Below, piece after piece: positions 37,634 to 44,879 of a stretch of DNA of 59,148 bases. Numbering within the stretch: position 1 is the stretch's first letter; each line of letters opens with the position of its first letter. This DNA comes from Massilibacillus sp. Its GTDB lineage: Bacteria; Bacillota; Negativicutes; JARBTT01. The stretch is taken from the NCBI GenBank assembly GCA_029240055.1, contig JARBTT010000002.1, positions 1 through 59,148 of the forward strand, in the 5' to 3' direction. The notes beneath the pieces are model-generated. The model ran no database searches. It saw only the letters and a list, made by a program, of their open reading frames with translations, and was not told the origin of the DNA. Made by a program: the position numbers and the translations under genes.

Positions 37634-38287
37634 TCACCTCTTTATCTCCACTTGCCAATATTGTTTAGTCAGCACATCCATAGCTGTCAACCTACCGCCA
37701 TAAGCAACACCTGTATCTAAGAATATCTTATCTTCACCATATATCGGTGTCGACTCTGGTTTAATGCTTAATGCTTGTTTAATCATCTGTACTGGTGTAT
37801 GCCCTGACACAACAACCTTATCAGTAGTGTTTTTATTGAATATGTATTCATCTCTAATCCAAAGCAAATCGTCTTTTGATTGTTGCTTTATTGGTTTGCT
37901 AAAATCAACTCCGGCATGACAAAAGAAAAAGCCGTCCAATTCATAGCTAATCGGAAGACTTTTAATAAAATGCAGATACTTGTATACGATTTTATCGTTT
38001 AACTGTTTATGTGTTTTATCCCCTCCGTTGCTATGCCACAAGTGATAATTGTCATTAATAAAGGAATCGATCATCATATCTTCGTGATTGCCAAGCAAAG
38101 CAATTGCACCGTTACTTACTAAACTCATTACCTTGTCTAAGACTTCTTTAGATTGTTTCCCTCTATCTATATAGTCGCCAAGTAATATTAGTTTATCATT
38201 CTTGTAATCGTATTTAACATCATGAAGTAATTTGATAAACGCTTCATACTCACCATGAATGTCACCTATTGCGATTATTCTGTTCAC
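37634..38287 (-). CDS. Ser/Thr protein phosphatase (lambda-PP / ApaH-like metallophosphatase)
   Basis: GDIHG, GDYIDRG, GNHE and SGHT motifs. Confidence 0.85.
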   Translation of the reverse strand: MNRIIAIGDIHGEYEAFIKLLHDVKYDYKNDKLILLGDYIDRGKQSKEVLDKVMSLVSNGAIALLGNHEDMMIDSFINDNYHLWHSNGGDKTHKQLNDKIVYKYLHFIKSLPISYELDGFFFCHAGVDFSKPIKQQSKDDLLWIRDEYIFNKNTTDKVVVSGHTPVQMIKQALSIKPESTPIYGEDKIFLDTGVAYGGRLTAMDVLTKQYWQVEIKR

Positions 38288-38291
38288 GTTA

Positions 38292-38453
38292 TCACCTACC
38301 TATATTAATATCCGGCAACTTAGCTGTCGGTATCTTATCCGCATTCTTGCCATTACAAACTGGGCATATCTCTAATCCTTTAGCCCGTATCCCAAATGCG
38401 TTTACCATCTGCACTAGCCCTGTTCCATTACATCTTTTACATTCGTTACTCAC
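38292..38453 (-). CDS. DnaJ-type zinc-finger mini-protein (53 aa)
   Basis: GTG start after GGAGGTG. CKRCNGTG ... CPVCNG (CxxCxGxG-like). Confidence 0.45.
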   Translation of the reverse strand: MSNECKRCNGTGLVQMVNAFGIRAKGLEICPVCNGKNADKIPTAKLPDINIGR

Positions 38454-38507
38454 AAAATCACCTCCAAATATTTATTTAAATTAATATATTTATTTTGATT
38501 TTGGGGG

Positions 38508-38536
38508 TTGTAAATCAATAATGATTATGGTATACT
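38508..38536 (+). promoter_or_regulatory. sigma-A-type promoter of plus-strand cassette
   Basis: TTGTAA, a 17-nt spacer, then TATACT. Confidence 0.5.
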
Positions 38537-38601
38537 TAAATCAAGGTTAAGAGATACAGTGACAGAAACAACAAGGTTTCGGCTGATAAGGAGAAAATAA
38601 A

Positions 38602-38913
38602 ATGAAAGTATTAGTAACTGGAGAATTAAAAGAATTAAGAATGGTTGATTTAAAATCTGGTTGTGACTGCGCCAATGATATTATCGGGAATATGGGCGAT
38701 TTAAATTATGATGAGAATTTACAAGAATACGTAATGGATACAGAAACTTTTGAATGGTGGAAAGAACTCTTGGCAATCATGGAGGAAAACGAAGAATTAT
38801 CCACTGAATTATCGGAAGATAAATTAATTGAATTGCAAAAAGAAGCTAGTGGGCGTGATTTTGATGACGAGATTAAATACTTAAACCAATTATTAAGGAG
38901 TTTAAAATCGTAA
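38602..38913 (+). CDS. hypothetical acidic protein
   Basis: 103-aa ORF with an AAGGAGAA SD. Confidence 0.6.
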   Translation: MKVLVTGELKELRMVDLKSGCDCANDIIGNMGDLNYDENLQEYVMDTETFEWWKELLAIMEENEELSTELSEDKLIELQKEASGRDFDDEIKYLNQLLRSLKS

Positions 38914-38914
38914 A

Positions 38915-39919
38915 ATGACGGATGAACGGACAATAAAAAAAGAAAAAACTTGTATTGATTGTAGCGAAACTTTCATCGGCGGAAGAAGCGCTACGCGATG
39001 CGAAGTGTGCAGAAAAAAAGAAAAATACAAAAAAACCCAAGAAATCGTTCAAAGGAGGAAAAACGGTCTGCCCCCTAAACAACTTAGGTACAGTGTAAAA
39101 ATTGGGCAAATTTCTGGATACCAAAAAGCTATTAAAATAATTGACGATAGCCATGTACTAAGTAGATGCGTTTGTGGAAAAGAAGAAGTTATTTATAACC
39201 ATGTATTTTTTAGGCGTACCTCATGCAGCTGTATGTCAAGGGTGGGGAAAGCTAATAAAGGCAAAGAATGTGCAGGGGTATATAAGAACATTAAAGGAGA
39301 TGGCTACAGAGCAGAAATAAGTGTTAATAAAACTAATATTTATTTAGGGTTTTACAACAAGCAAGAGGATGCTATAGCAATCAGGCAAAGAATAACGGAA
39401 TTATATATCGAAGCTCAAAAAAGAGTTGTAGAAATGATGCCAGTAGGTAATTATAGAGGTGCAAAACATAGAAATATAACAGGACAAACTTTTGGCAAAT
39501 CTATCGCTATAGCAATGAATGGCACTAAAAAAGGCAGTAATTTGGAATGGATTTGTATTTGTGGCTGTGGCAATGTTTTTATAACAACTGCAATAAACTT
39601 ATTGCGTGGAGACACAACAAGTTGTGGATGCGAACATAAAAAACAATGTATAAAAAATGTAACAAGCGATCTTATTGAAGATACAAAAATAAGTAGTCTA
39701 AATGCCAATCTTAGGATAAATAATACAAGCGGACATAAAGGCGTATCTTGGAGTAATAAATCTAATAAATGGTATGCGTATATAACGTTTCAAGGTAAAA
39801 TGAAAAGTTTAGGTCTTCATGATTTTGTTGATGATGCAATAAAAGCGCGCGAAAAAGCCGAAGAAAAGTACTTTAAACCAATAATAGAAAAATACGCGGA
39901 GGAAACAAGCAATGATTAA
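38915..39919 (+). CDS. DNA-binding protein with two AP2 domains and Cys clusters
   Basis: GVYKNIKGDGYRAEISVNKTNIYLGFY..EDA and GHKGVSWSNKSNKWYAYITFQGKMKSLGLH..DDA. Each is preceded by a C.CG...SC.C cluster. Confidence 0.7.
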   Translation: MTDERTIKKEKTCIDCSETFIGGRSATRCEVCRKKEKYKKTQEIVQRRKNGLPPKQLRYSVKIGQISGYQKAIKIIDDSHVLSRCVCGKEEVIYNHVFFRRTSCSCMSRVGKANKGKECAGVYKNIKGDGYRAEISVNKTNIYLGFYNKQEDAIAIRQRITELYIEAQKRVVEMMPVGNYRGAKHRNITGQTFGKSIAIAMNGTKKGSNLEWICICGCGNVFITTAINLLRGDTTSCGCEHKKQCIKNVTSDLIEDTKISSLNANLRINNTSGHKGVSWSNKSNKWYAYITFQGKMKSLGLHDFVDDAIKAREKAEEKYFKPIIEKYAEETSND

Positions 39920-40133
39920 GCAATATTGCACTCAAAACAACGGTGATTGCGAAACCTGCTCACTCGTTAACTACGGCTTAGATTGCCGAAACAACCCTGT
40001 TGGTCAAGGTGGTGCTGGTAGAGGGCAAGGTCGCAAATCTACTGGCAGAAGCAAACATAATTACTATGTAACTCCCGAAGAGGATTTAAAAATCAAAGAA
40101 TACATCCAACACCTAAGGGCTACCGCAAAGTAG
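39912..40133 (+). CDS. hypothetical protein
   Basis: 73-aa ORF overlapping the upstream stop. A CxxC pair and a G/R-rich centre. Confidence 0.5.
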   Translation: MIKQYCTQNNGDCETCSLVNYGLDCRNNPVGQGGAGRGQGRKSTGRSKHNYYVTPEEDLKIKEYIQHLRATAK

Positions 40134-40145
40134 CTCTTTTTATTT
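40116..40145 (+). terminator. terminator of plus-strand cassette
   Basis: AGGGCUAC-CGCAAA-GUAGCUCU stem followed by a U-run. Overlaps the stop codon. Confidence 0.55.
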
Positions 40146-40151
40146 ACCTAA

Positions 40152-40334
40152 TTATTTTTCTAGTTCGGCTATTTCAATTTTTAATTTAAGTATATCCCTT
40201 TTACTTTCTAACTTTTGAATGTTGTCTCTATCCTCATCTGCAAATAACTCTCTAATTTCTTCAACAAACGAATCTCCTCTATCTCTATGTTTTTGTATAA
40301 TCGTCATGATATTACATTCTTGCTGATTACGCAT
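40152..40334 (-). CDS. hypothetical protein
   Basis: 60-aa charged helical ORF. Confidence 0.45.
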   Translation of the reverse strand: MRNQQECNIMTIIQKHRDRGDSFVEEIRELFADEDRDNIQKLESKRDILKLKIEIAELEK

Positions 40335-40357
40335 ATAGCAACCTTCTTTCTTTTTAT

Positions 40358-40567
40358 TTACCTAACCAACAACCTTAAATTTCTCCACTCTCTCCGAATA
40401 AAGCACATCCACCCCATATACGGCTTACTACTCGGTATAAACGTCCACCATTGCATACAGTTTGACCTATCTAGCCATATCATTACCGTATATTTTCCAT
40501 CATGCCACTTAACAGGATGTTTTCTTATATCTATATTAAGTGCAAACTTTTTAGTTCCGATACGCAT
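40358..40567 (-). CDS. hypothetical Trp-rich protein (uncertain)
   Basis: MRIGTKKFALNIDIRKHPVKWHDGKY.. after an AAGGTGA SD. The C-terminal half has odd composition. Confidence 0.3.
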   Translation of the reverse strand: MRIGTKKFALNIDIRKHPVKWHDGKYTVMIWLDRSNCMQWWTFIPSSKPYMGWMCFIRREWRNLRLLVR

Positions 40568-40592
40568 ATATTCACCTTCTTCCAAATAAAAA

Positions 40593-40611
40593 AGCCACCA
40601 TTAAGGTGACT
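40593..40611 (-). terminator. rho-independent terminator
   Basis: Minus strand AGUCACC-UUAAU-GGUGGCU followed by U6. The G.U pair forms only on the minus strand. Confidence 0.7.
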
Positions 40612-40618
40612 TAGTTAA

Positions 40619-40801
40619 CTATTCTATATTTATCAATTCGCCACCTTCGGTGTCATAAGATATATCTTCGCCAAATTCTTTAGTCCAGCTACCATCATTA
40701 ATTTTATTTCTTGCATCTTCTTCATTCTCGGCATATATACCCAGCATAACAGTACCCTCGGCTTTAACTTTAAATGTAAAATATTTAGACATGTTGTTCA
40801 C
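40619..40801 (-). CDS. hypothetical protein
   Basis: 60-aa ORF. Confidence 0.5.
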   Translation of the reverse strand: MNNMSKYFTFKVKAEGTVMLGIYAENEEDARNKINDGSWTKEFGEDISYDTEGGELINIE

Positions 40802-41141
40802 TATCCCCCATCACCGCAACTAACGCAGCTCTGCAAATCGCTCCTGCTGGTGTTTGGCATCCATGTACATGATGATCGTTTATATTGCAGTGCCAACCTT
40901 TGCCACGATCTGCACTTTTAAGATAGTTTAATATAAACTTGCCTTGTATTATAAAATGTCTAGCTAATTCCATCGCATCGTTCATATCTGTGCTGTAATT
41001 TAATAACTCAATGATACCTTCTTTATCTTTGCATTTACACCAATTGCCGCCTTCTTGCGTTTCATATCCAAATACTTTTTCAGCAATCACCCTGTCAAGT
41101 TCACGCCCTGCCGGAATATTCATGATTTCATTATTAGTCAT
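40785..41141 (-). CDS. phage ABA-sandwich-domain-like protein
   Basis: N-terminal ELDRVIAEKVFGYE is typical of this small phage family. Confidence 0.45.
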   Translation of the reverse strand: MTNNEIMNIPAGRELDRVIAEKVFGYETQEGGNWCKCKDKEGIIELLNYSTDMNDAMELARHFIIQGKFILNYLKSADRGKGWHCNINDHHVHGCQTPAGAICRAALVAVMGDSEQHV

Positions 41142-41142
41142 T

Positions 41143-41310
41143 TTATTTCACCTTCCAGTAATCGTTTATCATCCGTTTAACGTTCCCTGCATCATCTATA
41201 ATAACATTTCCTCTTCCCTCAGTTCTGCCGCAACCTTCGCATGGATGAGTTCTGTGTGACAAGCAACCTATATGTTCACACGGTTGACCTTCTCTATATA
41301 TTTTAGTCAA
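41143..41310 (-). CDS. Cys/His-rich mini-protein (55 aa)
   Basis: TTG start after GGAGGG. (M)TKIYREGQPCEHIGCLSHRTHPCEGCGRTEGRG... Confidence 0.4.
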   Translation of the reverse strand: MTKIYREGQPCEHIGCLSHRTHPCEGCGRTEGRGNVIIDDAGNVKRMINDYWKVK

Positions 41311-41477
41311 TCTTCTTTACCCTCCATTTTATACCAAGTTAATTCAACATTATTGCCTAACCATGCATCAAATTCTTCTTGGATATCTTCTTCCGTATAA
41401 TCATCTGGTAACTCTACAATATCTTCTCTTTCAGCACCTACATAACCAGTCGATGCATAAAACTTATACTTTGCCAT
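41307..41477 (-). CDS. hypothetical acidic protein (56 aa)
   Basis: MAKYKFYASTGYVGAEREDIVELPDDYTEEDIQEEFDAWLGNNVELTWYKMEGKED. Confidence 0.45.
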   Translation of the reverse strand: MAKYKFYASTGYVGAEREDIVELPDDYTEEDIQEEFDAWLGNNVELTWYKMEGKED

Positions 41478-41686
41478 TACTCCTCATCCTCCCTATGCTC
41501 AATCAAATCCTCAACCTCGCACTTAAACACCTTGCAAAACGCATCTATATGCCGTTTATCCATGCGTAAAACTGTTTCGTGGTAATACGCACCAATAATA
41601 CTTGGATGTATGCCTGTGTCTTTCGATAACTTTCTTTGAGTCATTTTATTCTTTCCTAATAAGTCGGATAATTTTATCTTTATCAT
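41477..41686 (-). CDS. XRE-family HTH regulator
   Basis: LLGKNKMTQRKLSKDTGIHPSIIGAYYH. Divergent from a strong plus-strand promoter. Confidence 0.7.
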   Translation of the reverse strand: MIKIKLSDLLGKNKMTQRKLSKDTGIHPSIIGAYYHETVLRMDKRHIDAFCKVFKCEVEDLIEHREDEE

Positions 41687-41744
41687 TCAATCACCATCCT
41701 TAAATATATTATACAACTAATTTGCACTTATTACAATATTTATG

Positions 41745-41773
41745 TTTACAAATACGTGTTAATTGTATATAAT
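41745..41773 (+). promoter_or_regulatory. near-consensus sigma-A promoter
   Basis: TTTACA, a 17-nt spacer, then TATAAT. AAAGGAG SD before the ATG at 41807. Confidence 0.65.
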
Positions 41774-41806
41774 ATATTTAACAGGTAAATTAAAGGAGCG
41801 ATCAAG

Positions 41807-42040
41807 ATGACTAAACAAGAAATTCTCACTAAATGTGCTGAAGGTATGGCAAATAAATGTAAACAAGAAATGGAATCAAAAGGGAAACAATGGGATTTGG
41901 GAGATATGCAAACCGTTAATACACTACCTAGATACTGGTACAATTTATATAAAAAGTATCCTATTAATTCTAAAACATACCCTGCTTTTTCTTTAAATGT
42001 CATCTTTACAAAACTAACAAAAGAAGGTTTTATAATATGA
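41807..42040 (+). CDS. hypothetical protein
   Basis: 77-aa ORF with a good SD. Confidence 0.6.
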   Translation: MTKQEILTKCAEGMANKCKQEMESKGKQWDLGDMQTVNTLPRYWYNLYKKYPINSKTYPAFSLNVIFTKLTKEGFII

Positions 42041-42237
42041 GTGTTAAACGTGGAGCAATTCGTAAAAATGTGCCAAAAACATGCGCTGATTGCATTTATT
42101 TTGATGGTGGAAATGAATTGCAATTAAGGCTTGGAATAAGTTTTTGTACTATAACTAACGAACAAACAGATTACTTCATTAACCCCATTGATAGATGTGT
42201 TCCAAGACCTACTAAATGCCCATATAATCCTATGTAA
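42037..42237 (+). CDS. hypothetical Cys-containing protein
   Basis: 66-aa ORF with ATGA coupling. A hairpin plus U-run follows near 42280-42310. Confidence 0.55.
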   Translation: MSVKRGAIRKNVPKTCADCIYFDGGNELQLRLGISFCTITNEQTDYFINPIDRCVPRPTKCPYNPM

Positions 42238-42316
42238 CCATATTGTTAACGCCAACAAAATGCTGAATTAAATACATTTCTACGATTAAGTCCTTAATAG
42301 GGGCTTTTTCTTTACC

Positions 42317-42478
42317 CTAAACCTTGCCAACAATCTCTTTTTTACCATGCTTACTAAACTCGCTATGGCATACATTAATTGGGTCAAATCCAGAGCATCT
42401 TAAGCAAGGCGACTGGCTTTTGCATCTATCGTTTTTGCTGTCATAATGAAAGCATTCATTGCATTGTCTGTGTTGCAT
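42317..42478 (-). CDS. Cys-rich mini-protein (53 aa)
   Basis: ATG at 42478 after AAAGGAG. MQHRQCNECFHYDSKNDRCKSQSPCLRCSGFDPINVCH.. Confidence 0.5.
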   Translation of the reverse strand: MQHRQCNECFHYDSKNDRCKSQSPCLRCSGFDPINVCHSEFSKHGKKEIVGKV

Positions 42479-42514
42479 TACTTGTCTCCTTTCTACGCAT
42501 TTAAAAAGCACCTA

Positions 42515-42991
42515 TCAAAAGGTGCTAATTAATTGCAATATATAAATATAGTAAGCAGTATGTATTACGGCTGACATTGTACCGTATTTAGTACGCTTGT
42601 CATTAAGCGTTGATGTTAGTTTCGCCTTATAAACAATCAGCCCATCCAGATCATTGTTTTTTGGCGCTATCGACTTTTTAAATAATGGTAACCAAGTCAG
42701 TATGATGCATATGATTGTCGGGTATTTATAAAAATCATAATCAAACAGATATGTAAACAATACAGTTTCGATAACCATCATTGTAAACGAATAGATAAAA
42801 ATCACTACTAAATCTACGCTGTTTTTCTGTTCTTCTTCTCTACCCATAAAATCGCCATTTATTTTATCGATATTAAACTCAGTAGCCTTTATTAAGTACT
42901 CTTTGCATGTTCTATACAACCCTATGCCGTTTACTAGATACTTGACGTTGTACATCAATATCAAAATACATAATGCTATTAACATTTTCAT
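42515..42991 (-). CDS. integral membrane protein (about 4 TM)
   Basis: 158 aa with several hydrophobic spans. Confidence 0.6.
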   Translation of the reverse strand: MKMLIALCILILMYNVKYLVNGIGLYRTCKEYLIKATEFNIDKINGDFMGREEEQKNSVDLVVIFIYSFTMMVIETVLFTYLFDYDFYKYPTIICIILTWLPLFKKSIAPKNNDLDGLIVYKAKLTSTLNDKRTKYGTMSAVIHTAYYIYILQLISTF

Positions 42992-43006
42992 CCTCCTAAA
43001 AGTTAA

Positions 43007-43032
43007 AGCACCCTATTATAGGGTGCTTTTTG
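43007..43032. terminator. bidirectional-looking terminator
   Basis: Perfect AGCACCCUA/UAGGGUGCU stem with U-runs on both strands. Follows the stop of 43046..43267 on the minus strand. Confidence 0.6.
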
Positions 43033-43045
43033 TTTGTTCTATTAT

Positions 43046-43267
43046 TTAATCACAAACCTGCAAACCAGTCGACATTTCACCGCTAATTATTTCAACTCTA
43101 CCCTCTGTTACTATTGCGTAAGCATGAGGATGATAATATTTATTTAAAAATCCTAGCAATGGTAAAGACGCTTTTTGCAGTTCTTCTGCTTTTTGTTTGT
43201 ATTCTTCTGTATTCACGTTAAGCACATCCTTTAATTTATTTATATTTATATGTATCCAAACATACAT
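43046..43267 (-). CDS. hypothetical protein
   Basis: Natural-looking 73 aa from the ATG at 43267 (MYVWIHININ..). The track TTG start at 43285 would overlap the tRNA-like element. No clear SD. Confidence 0.5.
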   Translation of the reverse strand: MYVWIHININKLKDVLNVNTEEYKQKAEELQKASLPLLGFLNKYYHPHAYAIVTEGRVEIISGEMSTGLQVCD

Positions 43268-43280
43268 GTTTTTGTTTTGA

Positions 43281-43375
43281 TGCAAGCGGTTGGAATCGAA
43301 CCAATTTTCCTGTTTCCACCAAATAGTTTAAATTCGGAATTTGTTCCTGGCACTTCCCACAGTGCAGCCACTTGC
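43281..43375 (-). tRNA. tRNA-like element, non-canonical core (95 nt)
   Basis: Canonical parts: a 7-8 bp acceptor stem (GCAAGUG(G)/(C)CGCUUGC), T-arm UUGG-UUCGAUU-CCAA and D-arm GCAC-UGUGGGAA-GUGC. Non-canonical part: 44 nt between the D and T arms, with only an atypical arm CCGAAU-UUAAACU-AUUUGG. Confidence 0.4.
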
Positions 43376-43385
43376 ATATTTTTTA

Positions 43386-44150
43386 AAAGCCGAAGTTATT
43401 AGCTTCGGATTTTTGTGTTGTTAGAGTGGTAAGGATTTGCACCTTACATGAGATTATTTGCGCGTTAGTCGGCACTCTTTACAGAGGATAAATGGTTTTA
43501 TGATTTTCACGCAATTTATTGGCTAACCCTATCTTCCGGCTATTTACCCGACCTGTCTTCCAGCATAGGCTTGAGCGTTAGCCATCCCTTGACCATTATT
43601 TAGCGTCTACCTATTCACGCCACACCCTATTATCCTTATGCCTATCAAGTATAAGAACGTTATTTAGTTGGCGGTTTAAGCATCACCGCCAAGCATCTGA
43701 GCCACCCGTAAATCAGTCTCTCAATTGAGCCACCTTATTACTAAGTCTCTCTTTATGCCGTTTCCCCACCCTTTCAGCTCTGAGCACTCCATTGGTACAC
43801 GGCAGGCAACCATATCATTTAGGCGGTAATCGTGAGCCACGCGCTCGTTACCTTCGGTTGCCTCTTACCCTTCAAGTCTGATAATAAATGATATATTGTA
43901 TTTTAGATTGGTTAGGCAGGATTTTCATCCTATATTTCGTATTTTGCACTTCGTAAATGCTTTTAGCTACTTACGTTCAGATTACTTCTCTAACCCTCGT
44001 TATTGTCTGCTTAACCAATCTATTATTACGTTTGCCCCACACGCGCAAAACGTTGTCATGCCCAACCGCTTTTTAATGAGATGCTACTCTGCCGGTACGC
44101 CTTGGCATGTCCAAATGTATTAAAAGTGTATTTCTACAACTCTTCACACT
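43386..44150 (-). ncRNA. candidate large structured ncRNA (class unverified; GOLLD/ROOL-like size and context)
   Basis: ORF-free in a gene-dense genome. The plus strand is C-rich, so the minus transcript is G-rich. It has several 8-15 bp long-range helices. GNRA-capped hairpins form only on the minus strand. Boundaries are approximate. Confidence 0.55.
43390..43408 (-). terminator. hairpin CCGAAG-N7-CUUCGG at the 3' side of the candidate RNA
   Basis: 6-bp stem with U4 after it on the minus strand and U5 on the plus strand. It could be a terminator or part of the RNA. Confidence 0.35.
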
Positions 44151-44164
44151 ATCATTTTATTACA

Positions 44165-44617
44165 TTACGCACCCCTAAAAGTGACATGTTTTTGACATTC
44201 TAAATTATCAACTAATCCTAATTCAATACTGACAGCCAATATAATCACATTTGTCCATCTATACATGGTTCTCTTATCAATGTTTAATTCCTTGGCTATT
44301 CCTTCATCAGTTCTGGTTTGTGGCTTAGTCCAGTATTTTAATACTACTAACTTGTACTGCTCTTCTGTTAGTTCGTTAAGTACCGATTGTATAGCAGCTA
44401 TTGTCCGTTCTATTTGTTTAATTCGCTTACTAGTAATTAACTGTAATGCCTTTTTCTCGCACGTCCTACTAATATCTGTACCTCGAATACCACTATCATC
44501 AAATGCAGGTGAGTTATAAATAATTTGTTGCCGTTCTTCGCCTAAATCGCGTATTGTCTGCAAATAATCACGCAATTCACACTCAACATATGCTTTTATC
44601 TCTTTTTTTATTGCCAT
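44165..44617 (-). CDS. rinA: RinA-family late transcriptional activator
   Basis: ECELRDY, GIRGTDISRT, EEQYKLVVLKYW and GIAKELNIDKRTMYRW (sigma region-4-like HTH). Confidence 0.6.
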   Translation of the reverse strand: MAIKKEIKAYVECELRDYLQTIRDLGEERQQIIYNSPAFDDSGIRGTDISRTCEKKALQLITSKRIKQIERTIAAIQSVLNELTEEQYKLVVLKYWTKPQTRTDEGIAKELNIDKRTMYRWTNVIILAVSIELGLVDNLECQKHVTFRGA

Positions 44618-44621
44618 TCGA

Positions 44622-44870
44622 TCAGCTCCATTTACTCATTTCATCAATATTTCTAGCAAATTTGGAAGGGAATATTTCATATGGTCTATATTCATCCCAT
44701 AGGTACTTAGCTAATTTGTAATAATATTGTTTTTCTTTTATTTGTTCTTTAATTTCAATTTTATTTTCATCTATTTCAGTTGATAATGTTTTTATAACAC
44801 CATTTTTATACCAAATAAGAATGAATTGTAGTACAATCGCTGTTATTAAAAATAATGTAAAATTATCCAT
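44622..44870 (-). CDS. small membrane protein
   Basis: N-terminal TM FTLFLITAIVLQFILIW. Confidence 0.55.
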   Translation of the reverse strand: MDNFTLFLITAIVLQFILIWYKNGVIKTLSTEIDENKIEIKEQIKEKQYYYKLAKYLWDEYRPYEIFPSKFARNIDEMSKWS

Positions 44871-44879
44871 TCAACCACC

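Noticed and set aside
38706-39708. Minus-strand ORFs 38706..38933, 38873..39154 and 39451..39708
   Set aside because: They are antisense to the plus-strand cassette, whose products have recognisable AP2 domains, a promoter and a terminator.
40287-40589. 100-aa plus-strand ORF
   Set aside because: It is antisense to minus-strand ORFs, crosses the minus-strand terminator and has an F/L/I/H-rich composition.
41746-42123. 125-aa minus-strand ORF
   Set aside because: It spans the plus-strand promoter and both plus-strand genes. It has a hydrophobic nonsense composition and no SD.
43281-43375. tRNA-Sec or suppressor tRNA reading of the tRNA-like element
   Set aside because: No UCA, CUA, UUA or UCA-type anticodon can be placed in a 7-nt loop closed by a proper stem. 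The D-arm is not the 6-bp/4-nt Sec type.
43896-44123. 75-aa plus-strand ORF inside the candidate RNA region
   Set aside because: It has no SD, an odd composition (F/R/C/Y-rich) and is the only ORF in 770 nt. It overlaps several of the strongest helices, so I treat it as a chance ORF.
43386-44150. Alternative identities for the ORF-free region: group II intron, RNase P RNA, tmRNA, CRISPR array, origin iterons
   Set aside because: No GUGYG 5' end combined with a domain-V-like hairpin was found. The RNase P GAGGAAAGUCC box is absent. There is no tag reading frame or split acceptor. There are no regularly spaced repeats with spacers. The region interrupts no gene.
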